From Bdellovibrionales bacterium (GTDB lineage: Bacteria > Bdellovibrionota > Bdellovibrionia > Bdellovibrionales > UBA1609): a stretch of DNA of 64,000 bases. The DNA lies in assembly GCA_041690295.1 (NCBI GenBank), contig JAWLHR010000008.1:58215-122214 (forward strand), written 5' to 3'. Under the pieces are notes generated by a model, which did not search any database, had not been told where the DNA came from, and saw only the letters and a list, made by a program, of their open reading frames with translations. Below are positions 9,797 through 18,125 of this stretch, in pieces (the first letter of the stretch is position 1; the number at the start of each line of letters is the position of its first letter). A program made the position numbers and the translations under genes.

Positions 9797-11199
9797 CAGC
9801 GTTTCACCTGCAAAGTTTTTTGAAACAGAACCTGGTTGCCCAAGCCCAGGGACCGCACCTTGAATTCAAGACTGTTGGCTTTCGCGTTGAGGAGATCGAT
9901 CACCATGAAATTCCAATCCCCGTCGTCGCCCACCAGCTGGTTTGGACTTGGATCCCGCTCGAAAGAGCCAGGATACATCCGCGCGTGAATCCCACTCGAG
10001 GTCAGTTCATAAGTCGGGTATCCCAAATGCTCCCGGGAAACTTTGATAATTTCCGTTAAGTGCCGGTCGCCGCTCATAAAAACCACCGGCCGCGAACTCG
10101 CCCGCCGCCATCTTTGCATTTGGGCCTTGAAATTCTTGGGATGATTCCCCTCGTAAGATTCGAATTTATGATAGCCGCCGAAGAACTGATCACCACTGAT
10201 CAGGAAAACCGGCTCCTTCGCCCCCGCCAATCCCTCGCTGATCCACTTTTCCTGATCGGGACCGAAATGGCTTTGATCGGGAATGTCCAAGTTATTTGGT
10301 GAGCGGAAACTGCGGTTATCCAGGAGGGCGAACTGAACCCCAAAAGCGCGCCACCATGAGGATACGCCGGGCCCCCGTTCAAATCCTGGTGCGGGTTTAC
10401 GCTGGGGAAAGAACGCGAAAAAGGTTTCCGCCGAGGCGAATTTATACGGGTAAGTCCGATCCCCGTCATTTTTGCCGAAGTCATGATCATCCCACACGGC
10501 GAAAACCGGGATCAGAGGATTGGCTTTAAAAAACTCCAGCTTGGATCGCGTCTCGGTATAACGCCGCCACAGCTGGGCGGCATCCGCTCCCCGGCGGGCC
10601 CCGCCGTTACGATCCGCGTACACATTGTCTCCGATCATCAGAACGACGTCGGGTTTTTGCTCGATCAGTGCGCGCCAGATTTTTGTTTGATCGTCGAAGT
10701 CATCATCCATGCAGCTGGCGACGGCGATGCGGGGGTTTTTCTTGCGGGTATCCAGCGCCGAAAATTTTCGCCGATCCAACAGCTCGCCATCGCCCGAGAG
10801 GATGAGGAATTCGTAAGTTTCCTTGTTGGAAAGATCAAAAAGTTCGAGTTGAGCGATGGCCCACTTCGATTCGGGCCCATTTATGATTTCCGCATTCAGC
10901 TTTTTCGCCTGGCCGTTGGAAAGCAGAAAATATCCATAGGGCTTTCGTCCCTCAATCTGAACCACCAAGCGCGTGTGGGAATCGGTTGTGACCCCTTGAA
11001 GAACAGGCAGCGGCTTCGAAGCCGGCACATCTTGCCCTAACAGCGCGCACGCTCCGGTAATCTGCTGTCCGCAAAGCCGGGTGAGATCGGCGGGATTTAA
11101 ACTTTCTATGGTGTCGAGACGCTTACGACTTGACGTGCATGCGGCAAGGGTAACAAGAACCGCAACAACCCAAACGTGTCGTATCCTCCCCTTGAACAT
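9796..11199 (-). CDS. PhoD-family alkaline phosphatase/phosphodiesterase, lipoprotein
   Basis: ASC, GDNVYAD, WDDHD, LDNRSFR, SGDRH motifs; LAAC lipobox. Confidence 0.88.
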   Translation of the reverse strand: MFKGRIRHVWVVAVLVTLAACTSSRKRLDTIESLNPADLTRLCGQQITGACALLGQDVPASKPLPVLQGVTTDSHTRLVVQIEGRKPYGYFLLSNGQAKKLNAEIINGPESKWAIAQLELFDLSNKETYEFLILSGDGELLDRRKFSALDTRKKNPRIAVASCMDDDFDDQTKIWRALIEQKPDVVLMIGDNVYADRNGGARRGADAAQLWRRYTETRSKLEFFKANPLIPVFAVWDDHDFGKNDGDRTYPYKFASAETFFAFFPQRKPAPGFERGPGVSSWWRAFGVQFALLDNRSFRSPNNLDIPDQSHFGPDQEKWISEGLAGAKEPVFLISGDQFFGGYHKFESYEGNHPKNFKAQMQRWRRASSRPVVFMSGDRHLTEIIKVSREHLGYPTYELTSSGIHARMYPGSFERDPSPNQLVGDDGDWNFMVIDLLNAKANSLEFKVRSLGLGNQVLFQKTLQVKR

Positions 11200-11211
11200 G
11201 GACGAGGAAAA

Positions 11212-11517
11212 TTACCAGCTGGCTTTGGTGACGCCAGGAAGCAGCCCACGGTGGGCCAGTTCACGGAAAGCCATGCGGGACAATCCGAACTTACGGAAAT
11301 TGCCACGAGGACGGCCAGTTAAAGAACAACGAGTGATGGTCCGGATCGGTGAGGTGTCACGGGGGAGCTTTTGCAATTTCAAACGAGCCTCAGCGCGAAC
11401 TTCTTCCGGCAAGTTGGGATTGTTCGCTTTTTTCCGCAACTCAGCGCGGTAACGGCCATATTTTTCGGCCAACTGACGACGACGCTCGTTTTTATTAATT
11501 GCACTCAATTTTGCCAT
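11212..11517 (-). CDS. rpsN: 30S ribosomal protein S14, long zinc-independent form
   Basis: 101 aa; [10 protein letters not shown]...[21 protein letters not shown]. Confidence 0.97.
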   Translation of the reverse strand: MAKLSAINKNERRRQLAEKYGRYRAELRKKANNPNLPEEVRAEARLKLQKLPRDTSPIRTITRCSLTGRPRGNFRKFGLSRMAFRELAHRGLLPGVTKASW

Positions 11518-11546
11518 AACCCTACCTTATTTCTTAAGAATCCAAA

Positions 11547-11575
11547 GAGTTAAAGCTTTCGCTGGAGAACGTCAA
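11547..11575 (-). promoter_or_regulatory. Putative sigma70 promoter for rpsN
   Basis: TTGACG-N17-TAACTC upstream of rpsN. Confidence 0.45.
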
Positions 11576-11576
11576 G

Positions 11577-12029
11577 TTATTCAAACTTCTTAATCGGTGA
11601 AGAGGGCAAGATGAACCCCTTTTGACCGGGACCGGGGCGAGTGAACTGAAATTTAAAGGGTCCTACCCGCCCTCTCCCCAGTTCGACCCCGTTCAGGGCC
11701 GCTGCCAGACAAGGAATTTTAGGGAATATTTTGAGGTCCTTAAGCTTTCCCAGGGCGTCCAATTGGCCGGTCACATCCACATTAAATTGGGGGTCCGAGA
11801 TCATTGCGGACAGGCTTTGCAAACACATCTGAACTTCGGGGTTTAAAATGACCGCGGAATGCAGCTCTTCCGCCCGCCGGGGGGCGAAGGACACGACCAA
11901 CGCCACCTCAGGCGGCGGTTGGGGCTGGCCCTCCGTCACTTTGGCGGTCTGGCGGGTGGACTCGCTCACCTTGGACTGGGAGTGGCATCCCGCACTTAAG
12001 AACGCGAGAAGAACGAATATCGCTTTCAT
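11577..12029 (-). CDS. Hypothetical lipoprotein
   Basis: Lipobox LSAGC. Confidence 0.65.
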   Translation of the reverse strand: MKAIFVLLAFLSAGCHSQSKVSESTRQTAKVTEGQPQPPPEVALVVSFAPRRAEELHSAVILNPEVQMCLQSLSAMISDPQFNVDVTGQLDALGKLKDLKIFPKIPCLAAALNGVELGRGRVGPFKFQFTRPGPGQKGFILPSSPIKKFE

Positions 12030-12044
12030 GTGATTTTGATTCTA

Positions 12045-13631
12045 TCAGCAGCCTGTTCCCCTGCCTAGGGAAACCGTGGAATTGCGGCAATCCCGATTCC
12101 CCGGGCAGCGAAATCGAACATGGAAGTGATTGTGGTGGCCCGGCGAATATTTCATCGCTTTGAGCGTTCGGTGGGCACAGGAATTGGGATCATTTAGATT
12201 CTCGGCGATATTTTCACGGATCCACTTGCACATATGCTTTTTGATTTCCGTGTCCACGAACATGGCGATCACCGGATTGCCGTCGGCGCAGGTCAAATGG
12301 CTGGCCATCAACCAAAACCGTTCTTCGTCAAAGTCGGGAGAAATCCTTGCGCCCGGCGCGCAACCTCGCCGTGGCCGACGCTCACAGACATTCCACATAT
12401 CGCCGACTTCTTTGCGTGAAGGATAAACGATATCGATGTCGAGTCCGGTTTGATGGCTCTTGTGGCAACTTCCGCCATTGCATAACCGCCCGCCGGTTTT
12501 CTTGGAAATATTGGCCAAAATGACCGGTGGTTTTTGCGGCTTCATGGTGGCCACGGCGGCGGACGCATACGTCACCAGCTTGATCGTGCGCTCGGTTCCA
12601 TAGCCGCGATTGGCGCGATTGCGCTTCACATAGCCCATCCCAGCTTCAGGTAACTCGCTGGGATTACGCAAATAACCGTTCGCGTGGGCGCCAATCGCCT
12701 GGTTGGGGGCCTTCGCCGGCTCTTCCGGTCGAAGTTTTTCAATGTCGGGAATCGAATATTCCCCCTGGACCGGCGCCGGGACCGGAAGCGGAGGAGTGAT
12801 TTCAATGGCGAAGTTGGGATCGTCGATAATTTCCTTTAACTCTTCCTCGTTCATGGGCGGCGGCGCCTCGACCCGGGGAGGTCGTTGAGGCGTGGGCTTT
12901 TCAAAAATTTTCGGTTCCTTTTTTTCCGGCTCTTTCGGAAACGGTGGAAGTTTATCATCCTTCTTTTGATCCTTTTCCTTGGGGAAAGGGGGCAAGTCCT
13001 TCACATCCGTTTTTTGATCCGGGTAAGGAGGCAGGTCCTCGTCAATGTCACCGGACGTCGCCCGGCGCGTTTCAAAACGTTGGCTTTGGAATAACTGGGA
13101 TTCCGTTTTTCCATTCACCACCACGAATAATTCCAAACCCACCTGATCACAGCGGTAAGTGTCCATACATCGAACCGCGGCCTGAAGCCTTCGTTCCGCC
13201 GCGACTTTTTTATCGGTGGGGAACATATTTCCACAAACCCATTCCCCCGCCGGATCGAACGGACAACTCAGCTCAATGGCCTCATCCGGCTTGCCCTTGA
13301 TTTTCAATGTGCCGCTAAAGGTGATCGTCTTGGTTTTTACATTGATTTTGAGTTTCTGATCGGTGACCTCAAAGGCCTTGGTTTCCGCCGGAACATACTC
13401 CGGAATTTCATCTTTTAAGCGGTCCCGTAACACCTCGGGAATCGTAAAGGTCGGAAGATCCGAGATTTTTTCATCCTGCTTAAGGAGCGGAGCCACGTCG
13501 TCTTCGTCCTCGCCCTCCACCGATTGAACGTGATTTTGGGTTTTCGCCGGGTTCGGCCGATACCCCGGTCCGCAAGCGACCAACCACCCGAGGCTGAGTC
13601 CCAATAGGATTTTGATAATCAATTGCGTCAT
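12045..13631 (-). CDS. MepA-type (penicillin-insensitive) murein endopeptidase lipoprotein with Pro-rich linker
   Basis: HKSHQTGLDID and HHNHFHVR zinc motifs; LVAC lipobox; start reassigned to MTQLII. Confidence 0.85.
   Translation of the reverse strand: MTQLIIKILLGLSLGWLVACGPGYRPNPAKTQNHVQSVEGEDEDDVAPLLKQDEKISDLPTFTIPEVLRDRLKDEIPEYVPAETKAFEVTDQKLKINVKTKTITFSGTLKIKGKPDEAIELSCPFDPAGEWVCGNMFPTDKKVAAERRLQAAVRCMDTYRCDQVGLELFVVVNGKTESQLFQSQRFETRRATSGDIDEDLPPYPDQKTDVKDLPPFPKEKDQKKDDKLPPFPKEPEKKEPKIFEKPTPQRPPRVEAPPPMNEEELKEIIDDPNFAIEITPPLPVPAPVQGEYSIPDIEKLRPEEPAKAPNQAIGAHANGYLRNPSELPEAGMGYVKRNRANRGYGTERTIKLVTYASAAVATMKPQKPPVILANISKKTGGRLCNGGSCHKSHQTGLDIDIVYPSRKEVGDMWNVCERRPRRGCAPGARISPDFDEERFWLMASHLTCADGNPVIAMFVDTEIKKHMCKWIRENIAENLNDPNSCAHRTLKAMKYSPGHHNHFHVRFRCPGNRDCRNSTVSLGRGTGC
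12925..13045 (-). repeat. Three imperfect in-frame repeats (D/K-LPP-Y/F-P-x-x-K/P) in the MepA linker
   Basis: DLPPYPDQK, DLPPFPKEK, KLPPFPKEP. Confidence 0.6.
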
Positions 13632-13656
13632 AAACGCGACTCCCCACCCGTCACCA

Positions 13657-13672
13657 TGCAAGCAGGGGACCG
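13657..13672 (-). promoter_or_regulatory. Putative sigma54 promoter for the MepA-type gene
   Basis: CGGTCCCCTGCTTGCA, GG-N10-GC with TTGCA at -12. Confidence 0.45.
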
Positions 13673-13975
13673 CTTGAGAAGGCTATAAATTGCAGCACAG
13701 ACCGGAAAAGGTTTTTAATAACGACAATTTGCGGCTTTGCGTAAAGTCAAGGAGCCCGAATCTCCCCCCAGTTCCCCCTGTGGAAACCCGGGCCCCTTAG
13801 TTAGGTCGGCCTCGTCGCCAAGGCCTACCCAGTGTCAAGAAAGGAAGACCAAAGATGAACGATAGATACCCACGGCGGGGAGAACTTGAAACGAACAAAT
13901 GTGAACATTTTTGCACGAGACAGGACTTATGTTACAAGTAAGCCTCATTTCTAACAAAAAAACGGGTAAGGGGAT

Positions 13976-15136
13976 TTGGTTAAACTATTTCTTATCTTGA
14001 GTTTGGGCCTGAGTTCGGTCGCATGGGCGGGGACGACGGAATCGGTGCCGCAAAAGATCATCGATCAATCCTACGAGTTAATTTTCCACTCCACTTTGGC
14101 CAAATCGATTTGCCGGCACATTTTAGGTGGCGATCACGAAGCCATTTCTTTGCACTTGGGAGTTTCGGAGGTCACGGCCAAGCGAATCGCCGGTCGTTGT
14201 TTGCGAACGGTCCGGCATCCGTGGATTCATCCCACCGCTCCGAACGACATCCGCAAACTCACGCTCAACAATCATAAGGCGCGCAAGTACAAAATTTTGC
14301 GCGTCAGCCAGCCCTTTCCCATCGAAAGCTGGACGGAACCGTTCACCAACACCACGGTTCTTGTGACCACCGAAGAGGAACTGTCACAGGCGAGATGGGT
14401 TCAGATTCTCGCCCACGAACTGGCGGTTTATTTCGACAGCAAGGTCAATCCCCACCATCCGGACGCCGACAACATTCCCGAACTTCGCGATATCAAGCCG
14501 ATCATTTTCACTGAATATGATCCACTGGTGGCCGCCACCAATCCCCTTCCCGGCCATGCCTTGACCTTTCTGCGCGCCTTGCAGGTGGAGTATGCGATCT
14601 TAACGGAACTGGCCCACGCGGGGCGCCTCCGCCTTCCGCCGGATCTCTATGTGTCGGTGGATCTCGACTTGATTACGGACCGGTGTTCATTCCGCTGTAT
14701 TGAAAACCTGGTCACTCAGGTGCGCAACACGCTATCCCCACTCGGACTTCCACTCCTGGCGTTCGCTCCGCATTTCCGCTCCTTGGCGATCAACTATTTG
14801 GCTCGACGCAAGTTCTTTTGGAATCGCGAGGAATTGGCCCTCAGTCATTTGGCGCTCAGCCAACTGCCGATCGAATATTTACGCTCTGAATTCAGAGGGA
14901 ATCTGGTCGATGATATGCGCCGGCTTTTTCATTCGGAGCTGAACGACCCGCGGTTCGAAAGCGTGCGCAAGTTTCTCGATCGGCTCTGGCATTTCGAAAA
15001 ACAAGCGCTGTTCTCGGCCCAATATCCGGCGGGTCGCCCGCTTCTTGAGTTTTTAAAAGTGCCGCTTCTGAGCGGATATAACATCGGCCTGAGCAGCGGG
15101 CCGAGAGTTCGTGTGCGACCGGGTGTCACCGAATGA
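13976..15136 (+). CDS. Hypothetical secreted protein with incomplete zincin-like motif
   Basis: Signal peptide (AWA); ILAHELAVYFD; ATGA coupling to the next gene. Confidence 0.7.
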   Translation: MVKLFLILSLGLSSVAWAGTTESVPQKIIDQSYELIFHSTLAKSICRHILGGDHEAISLHLGVSEVTAKRIAGRCLRTVRHPWIHPTAPNDIRKLTLNNHKARKYKILRVSQPFPIESWTEPFTNTTVLVTTEEELSQARWVQILAHELAVYFDSKVNPHHPDADNIPELRDIKPIIFTEYDPLVAATNPLPGHALTFLRALQVEYAILTELAHAGRLRLPPDLYVSVDLDLITDRCSFRCIENLVTQVRNTLSPLGLPLLAFAPHFRSLAINYLARRKFFWNREELALSHLALSQLPIEYLRSEFRGNLVDDMRRLFHSELNDPRFESVRKFLDRLWHFEKQALFSAQYPAGRPLLEFLKVPLLSGYNIGLSSGPRVRVRPGVTE

Positions 15137-16494
15137 ATTGGCAAGATCGATTTCAGCAACTCAATCGCCTGCTGTTGAACGGAGAAATCAACGCGTTCAA
15201 TGAGGCTCTGAATCGGTGGGTTCCGCGCACCAAGGCGGAAAAACGGGCTCACCTTCACTATCAAGGTTTGCGCGAATTTCACTCCGGTCGGGTCGCGGAA
15301 TGCGCGAGACTTTTGGAAAAAGCTCTCCAGGAGTATGGTGAGAACGTCAATTTGGTTCGCGATCTGGCGGTTTGTCATTATCACGAGCAGAACATGCAAC
15401 AGTTCCGCTTCCGTCTCGACCAACTGGAACGGGGGCTGGTCGAATTTGAGAGCCGTCTGTCTGCGCGCACGCTTCTCGAATGCGAACTCTTGCTAGGTAA
15501 GTTTTTGGAAGCCGAAGGGCGGCTCGCACCGGCTTTGATTTATTATAAGCGGGCGCTGCCAAGGGCTGAAAATCCCCACCAACGCACGCGCGTGCAGTTG
15601 CAAAAAGCCCGGTGGCACGCGCTTTATGAGATGAGCGCGGAATTGAGCGCCGACTACCGTGAACTGATCAGCATTCCAGCGGAATCCATCACCAGGGATT
15701 TGCGCATTGAATACGCCCACAGCATGATGCTCATCGAACTGCGCTTGATCGGCGCCGATCACGCCTGGTCACGATATCTAAAAACCGAACCGGAATGCGA
15801 CGAATTGGACCGCCGCCTGCTCTTATTCGATTTTATCGAGGGCTCGCTCGCCATGGATCTGCCGCTGGACCCCGCTGTTTCAAAAAAGATAAAAGACTTC
15901 CGCGAGTTAGATCCCTTTGAGGAATTCCTCTGCAAAATGGTTCAAGGACGACTTGAAGGTCCGACCAAGATCGAGGAACTCAATGATTTGTCATCCAAAC
16001 TCCCTTGGGCCAATTACTTACGGCTTTTATGCCTTGCGGCCAACCGCGAGGTGAATCCTCAAGTCAAACGTGAACTGAATCGTAAGTTGCAATTGATTCT
16101 GCAAAGCCTGGACGCGAAGTCGCGGGACGTTTGGAACGCGCGGCTCAAGCAAGCGCTGCACCCCATGGAAATCAAATTGGAGTTTTGCCCGCGCAGCCGC
16201 TCGATCTCCGTGCTCGGGAAAACCGTTGACCTGAGCAAAAAGAAAATCGGACAGAATCTGCTTTCGCTTCTCACGCGCCGGTCCGTACTGAGTGTCGAAG
16301 AAACCATTCAACACCTCTGGCAATGCGATTTCACGCCGGAACACTATCACCGGCTCCGCATGGGCATTCATCGATTGAACATGCTGGTTTTTGAAACCTG
16401 CGGGCACGGAAAAATTATCGAAGTGGATTCACAGCAGGTTCGTTTGCGTCCGGAAATTAAACTTGAGGAAATTGATTTAGGACTGGGTCACTGA
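15133..16494 (+). CDS. TPR-like protein with C-terminal winged-helix DNA-binding domain (putative regulator)
   Basis: Helical TPR-like N-terminus; LLSLL...IQHLW...HYHRLRMGIHRLN resembles OmpR-type wHTH. Confidence 0.7.
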   Translation: MNWQDRFQQLNRLLLNGEINAFNEALNRWVPRTKAEKRAHLHYQGLREFHSGRVAECARLLEKALQEYGENVNLVRDLAVCHYHEQNMQQFRFRLDQLERGLVEFESRLSARTLLECELLLGKFLEAEGRLAPALIYYKRALPRAENPHQRTRVQLQKARWHALYEMSAELSADYRELISIPAESITRDLRIEYAHSMMLIELRLIGADHAWSRYLKTEPECDELDRRLLLFDFIEGSLAMDLPLDPAVSKKIKDFRELDPFEEFLCKMVQGRLEGPTKIEELNDLSSKLPWANYLRLLCLAANREVNPQVKRELNRKLQLILQSLDAKSRDVWNARLKQALHPMEIKLEFCPRSRSISVLGKTVDLSKKKIGQNLLSLLTRRSVLSVEETIQHLWQCDFTPEHYHRLRMGIHRLNMLVFETCGHGKIIEVDSQQVRLRPEIKLEEIDLGLGH

Positions 16495-16495
16495 C

Positions 16496-16558
16496 AAAAA
16501 AGGCGATGTGAAGCGTCCGTGCTTCGACCAGGTTTCCTGCCTTCCATCGCCCCCCCAC
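16496..16558 (-). ncRNA. Candidate small structured RNA, CsrA/RsmA-sponge-like
   Basis: GGCGATG/CATCGCC closing stem plus T6; three GGA motifs (ATGGA, CAGGA, ACGGA); upstream TTGTTT-N17-CACGAT. Confidence 0.45.
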
Positions 16559-16655
16559 AAATGAGATCGTGAATAGAAATTCGGCGAAAAACAAGAAAAA
16601 ATTTCAAAGCCGGGTGAACAAGCGGGATCAACTGGACCAAAGGCTGTTTGAAAAC

Positions 16656-16687
16656 AAAAAAGGCCAGAAGCGGTTGGCTCCTGGCCT
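16656..16687 (-). terminator. Rho-independent terminator
   Basis: AGGCCAGGAGC-CAACC-GCTTCTGGCCT followed by T-run. Confidence 0.8.
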
Positions 16688-16719
16688 AGAGATTTACGCC
16701 GAAAAAGTGTCGATCACGG

Positions 16720-16773
16720 TTAAGTGATCATCACCTCCGGCATAAGTGTTTCACAGTGTATATCACACTTCAC
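16720..16773 (-). CDS. Small ORF, 17 aa MKCDIHCETLMPEVMIT
   Basis: AGGAGGTG RBS 5 nt before GTG; TAA stop; dedicated terminator about 30 nt downstream. Confidence 0.5.
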   Translation of the reverse strand: MKCDIHCETLMPEVMIT

Positions 16774-17036
16774 TCAACCACCTCCTCTCTAGGCTCAAGA
16801 GAACCTGATTTCAGTGTATCAGAATCCACCGTCTCACTCCAATGTCTCAAAATTGGAACTGTCAAAGAGGCTGACAATTTTGTTTAAGTTCAGCCCTTAA
16901 CCCCCATTATTTATCTATAAAATCAAAAACTGCTAAAAATCCGGCCTTTGGTCGATAAGCCCTAAAGCTGAAATCCTGTATGTAAGCTCCGCTGCATTCA
17001 GCAATGTGTCTTTGGGGGACACTTTAGGGGGAGCTT

Positions 17037-18119
17037 ATGAAGTCTTTAAGATTAACGTTGTTCATCCTGCTCGCGACGGCTTTGGCCGGCTGCGGAGACG
17101 GAGACACAACTTATTCTCTTCTCGAAGACAGTGAGTCTTTCCGGCAAACCGCGGGCACACAAAACAACAAAATCGACGTGTTGTGGGTCGTCGATAATTC
17201 GGGGTCCATGCGGACATCACAAGAAAATTTGGCCGACAATTTTCCGGCATTTATGGTCAAATTTCTCGATAAAAAATTCGACTTCCAAATGGCCGTGACG
17301 ACCACGGACGCTTATCTGGCGATTTCTCCGACTTGGGACAGTTACTATAACCGCTTTCCGCGTCCTCAGTATTATGAAGGTCAAGCGCAATCGCTGAAAG
17401 CCCGTTTTCGCGATGGCGTGGGAAGCACGCATTCCGGCTATCGCATCCTCAATAGCCTGACGCCGAATCTCCATTCCAACTTCATGATCAACATTATGCA
17501 GGGAGTAGAAGGCCGTGGCGATGAACGCAGTCTACAGTCCATGGAGACGGCGCTGATGAGCCCGCACAATCAACCGTTCCACCGTGATGATGCGTTCTTG
17601 GCCATCATTATTCTCACCGACGAAGACGATTTCTCGCATCCGGGAACCTCGGCGTACGAGTCTTATGTTTCACAACTCACGCCGATCAGTCATTATGTTT
17701 CATTTCTCGATCAGTTCACCGGAACTTCAGGCGCGGCTCGCCGCTACAGCGTGAATTCGATCTCAGTGAAGGACAATCAATGTCTGAACTCCATCTACAA
17801 TGGCGCGCAGAGAATCGCGAAACGCGTGATGGAACTCGTCGACGCGACCGGAGGGATCAGCGCCAGTCTTTGCGGTGATTTCGCCGAAGAGTTGGATCTT
17901 ATCGCCAAAGGTCTAGTTCAAGCTTCGACGAAATTCTCACTCGGTGACAAGCGACCGATTCCTGAAACCATTCGCGTGTTCGTGAACGGTGTTCTCGTGT
18001 CGAGTGAAGGTTGGTTCTACGAACAAGAAACGAACAGCATCGTGTTCAACGATGGTTATGCACCCGCGGACGGTGATCTCATCAAAGTCACCTTTGACCC
18101 GGAATCACTCTCCTTCTAA
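17037..18119 (+). CDS. VWA/MIDAS-domain lipoprotein (CglB-like adhesin family)
   Basis: LAGC lipobox; DVLWVVDNSGSM (DxSxS), VTTTD, LTDEDD. Confidence 0.85.
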   Translation: MKSLRLTLFILLATALAGCGDGDTTYSLLEDSESFRQTAGTQNNKIDVLWVVDNSGSMRTSQENLADNFPAFMVKFLDKKFDFQMAVTTTDAYLAISPTWDSYYNRFPRPQYYEGQAQSLKARFRDGVGSTHSGYRILNSLTPNLHSNFMINIMQGVEGRGDERSLQSMETALMSPHNQPFHRDDAFLAIIILTDEDDFSHPGTSAYESYVSQLTPISHYVSFLDQFTGTSGAARRYSVNSISVKDNQCLNSIYNGAQRIAKRVMELVDATGGISASLCGDFAEELDLIAKGLVQASTKFSLGDKRPIPETIRVFVNGVLVSSEGWFYEQETNSIVFNDGYAPADGDLIKVTFDPESLSF

Positions 18120-18125
18120 CATTGG

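Noticed and set aside
16496..16558. Fluoride or c-di-GMP riboswitch reading of the GGCGATGG hairpin
   Set aside because: Lacks the remaining conserved elements and has no downstream gene on the same strand
16932..16958. sigma28 promoter before the VWA gene (TAAA...GTCGATAA)
   Set aside because: Spacer is 13 nt versus 16 nt at the other sites, so it was not called
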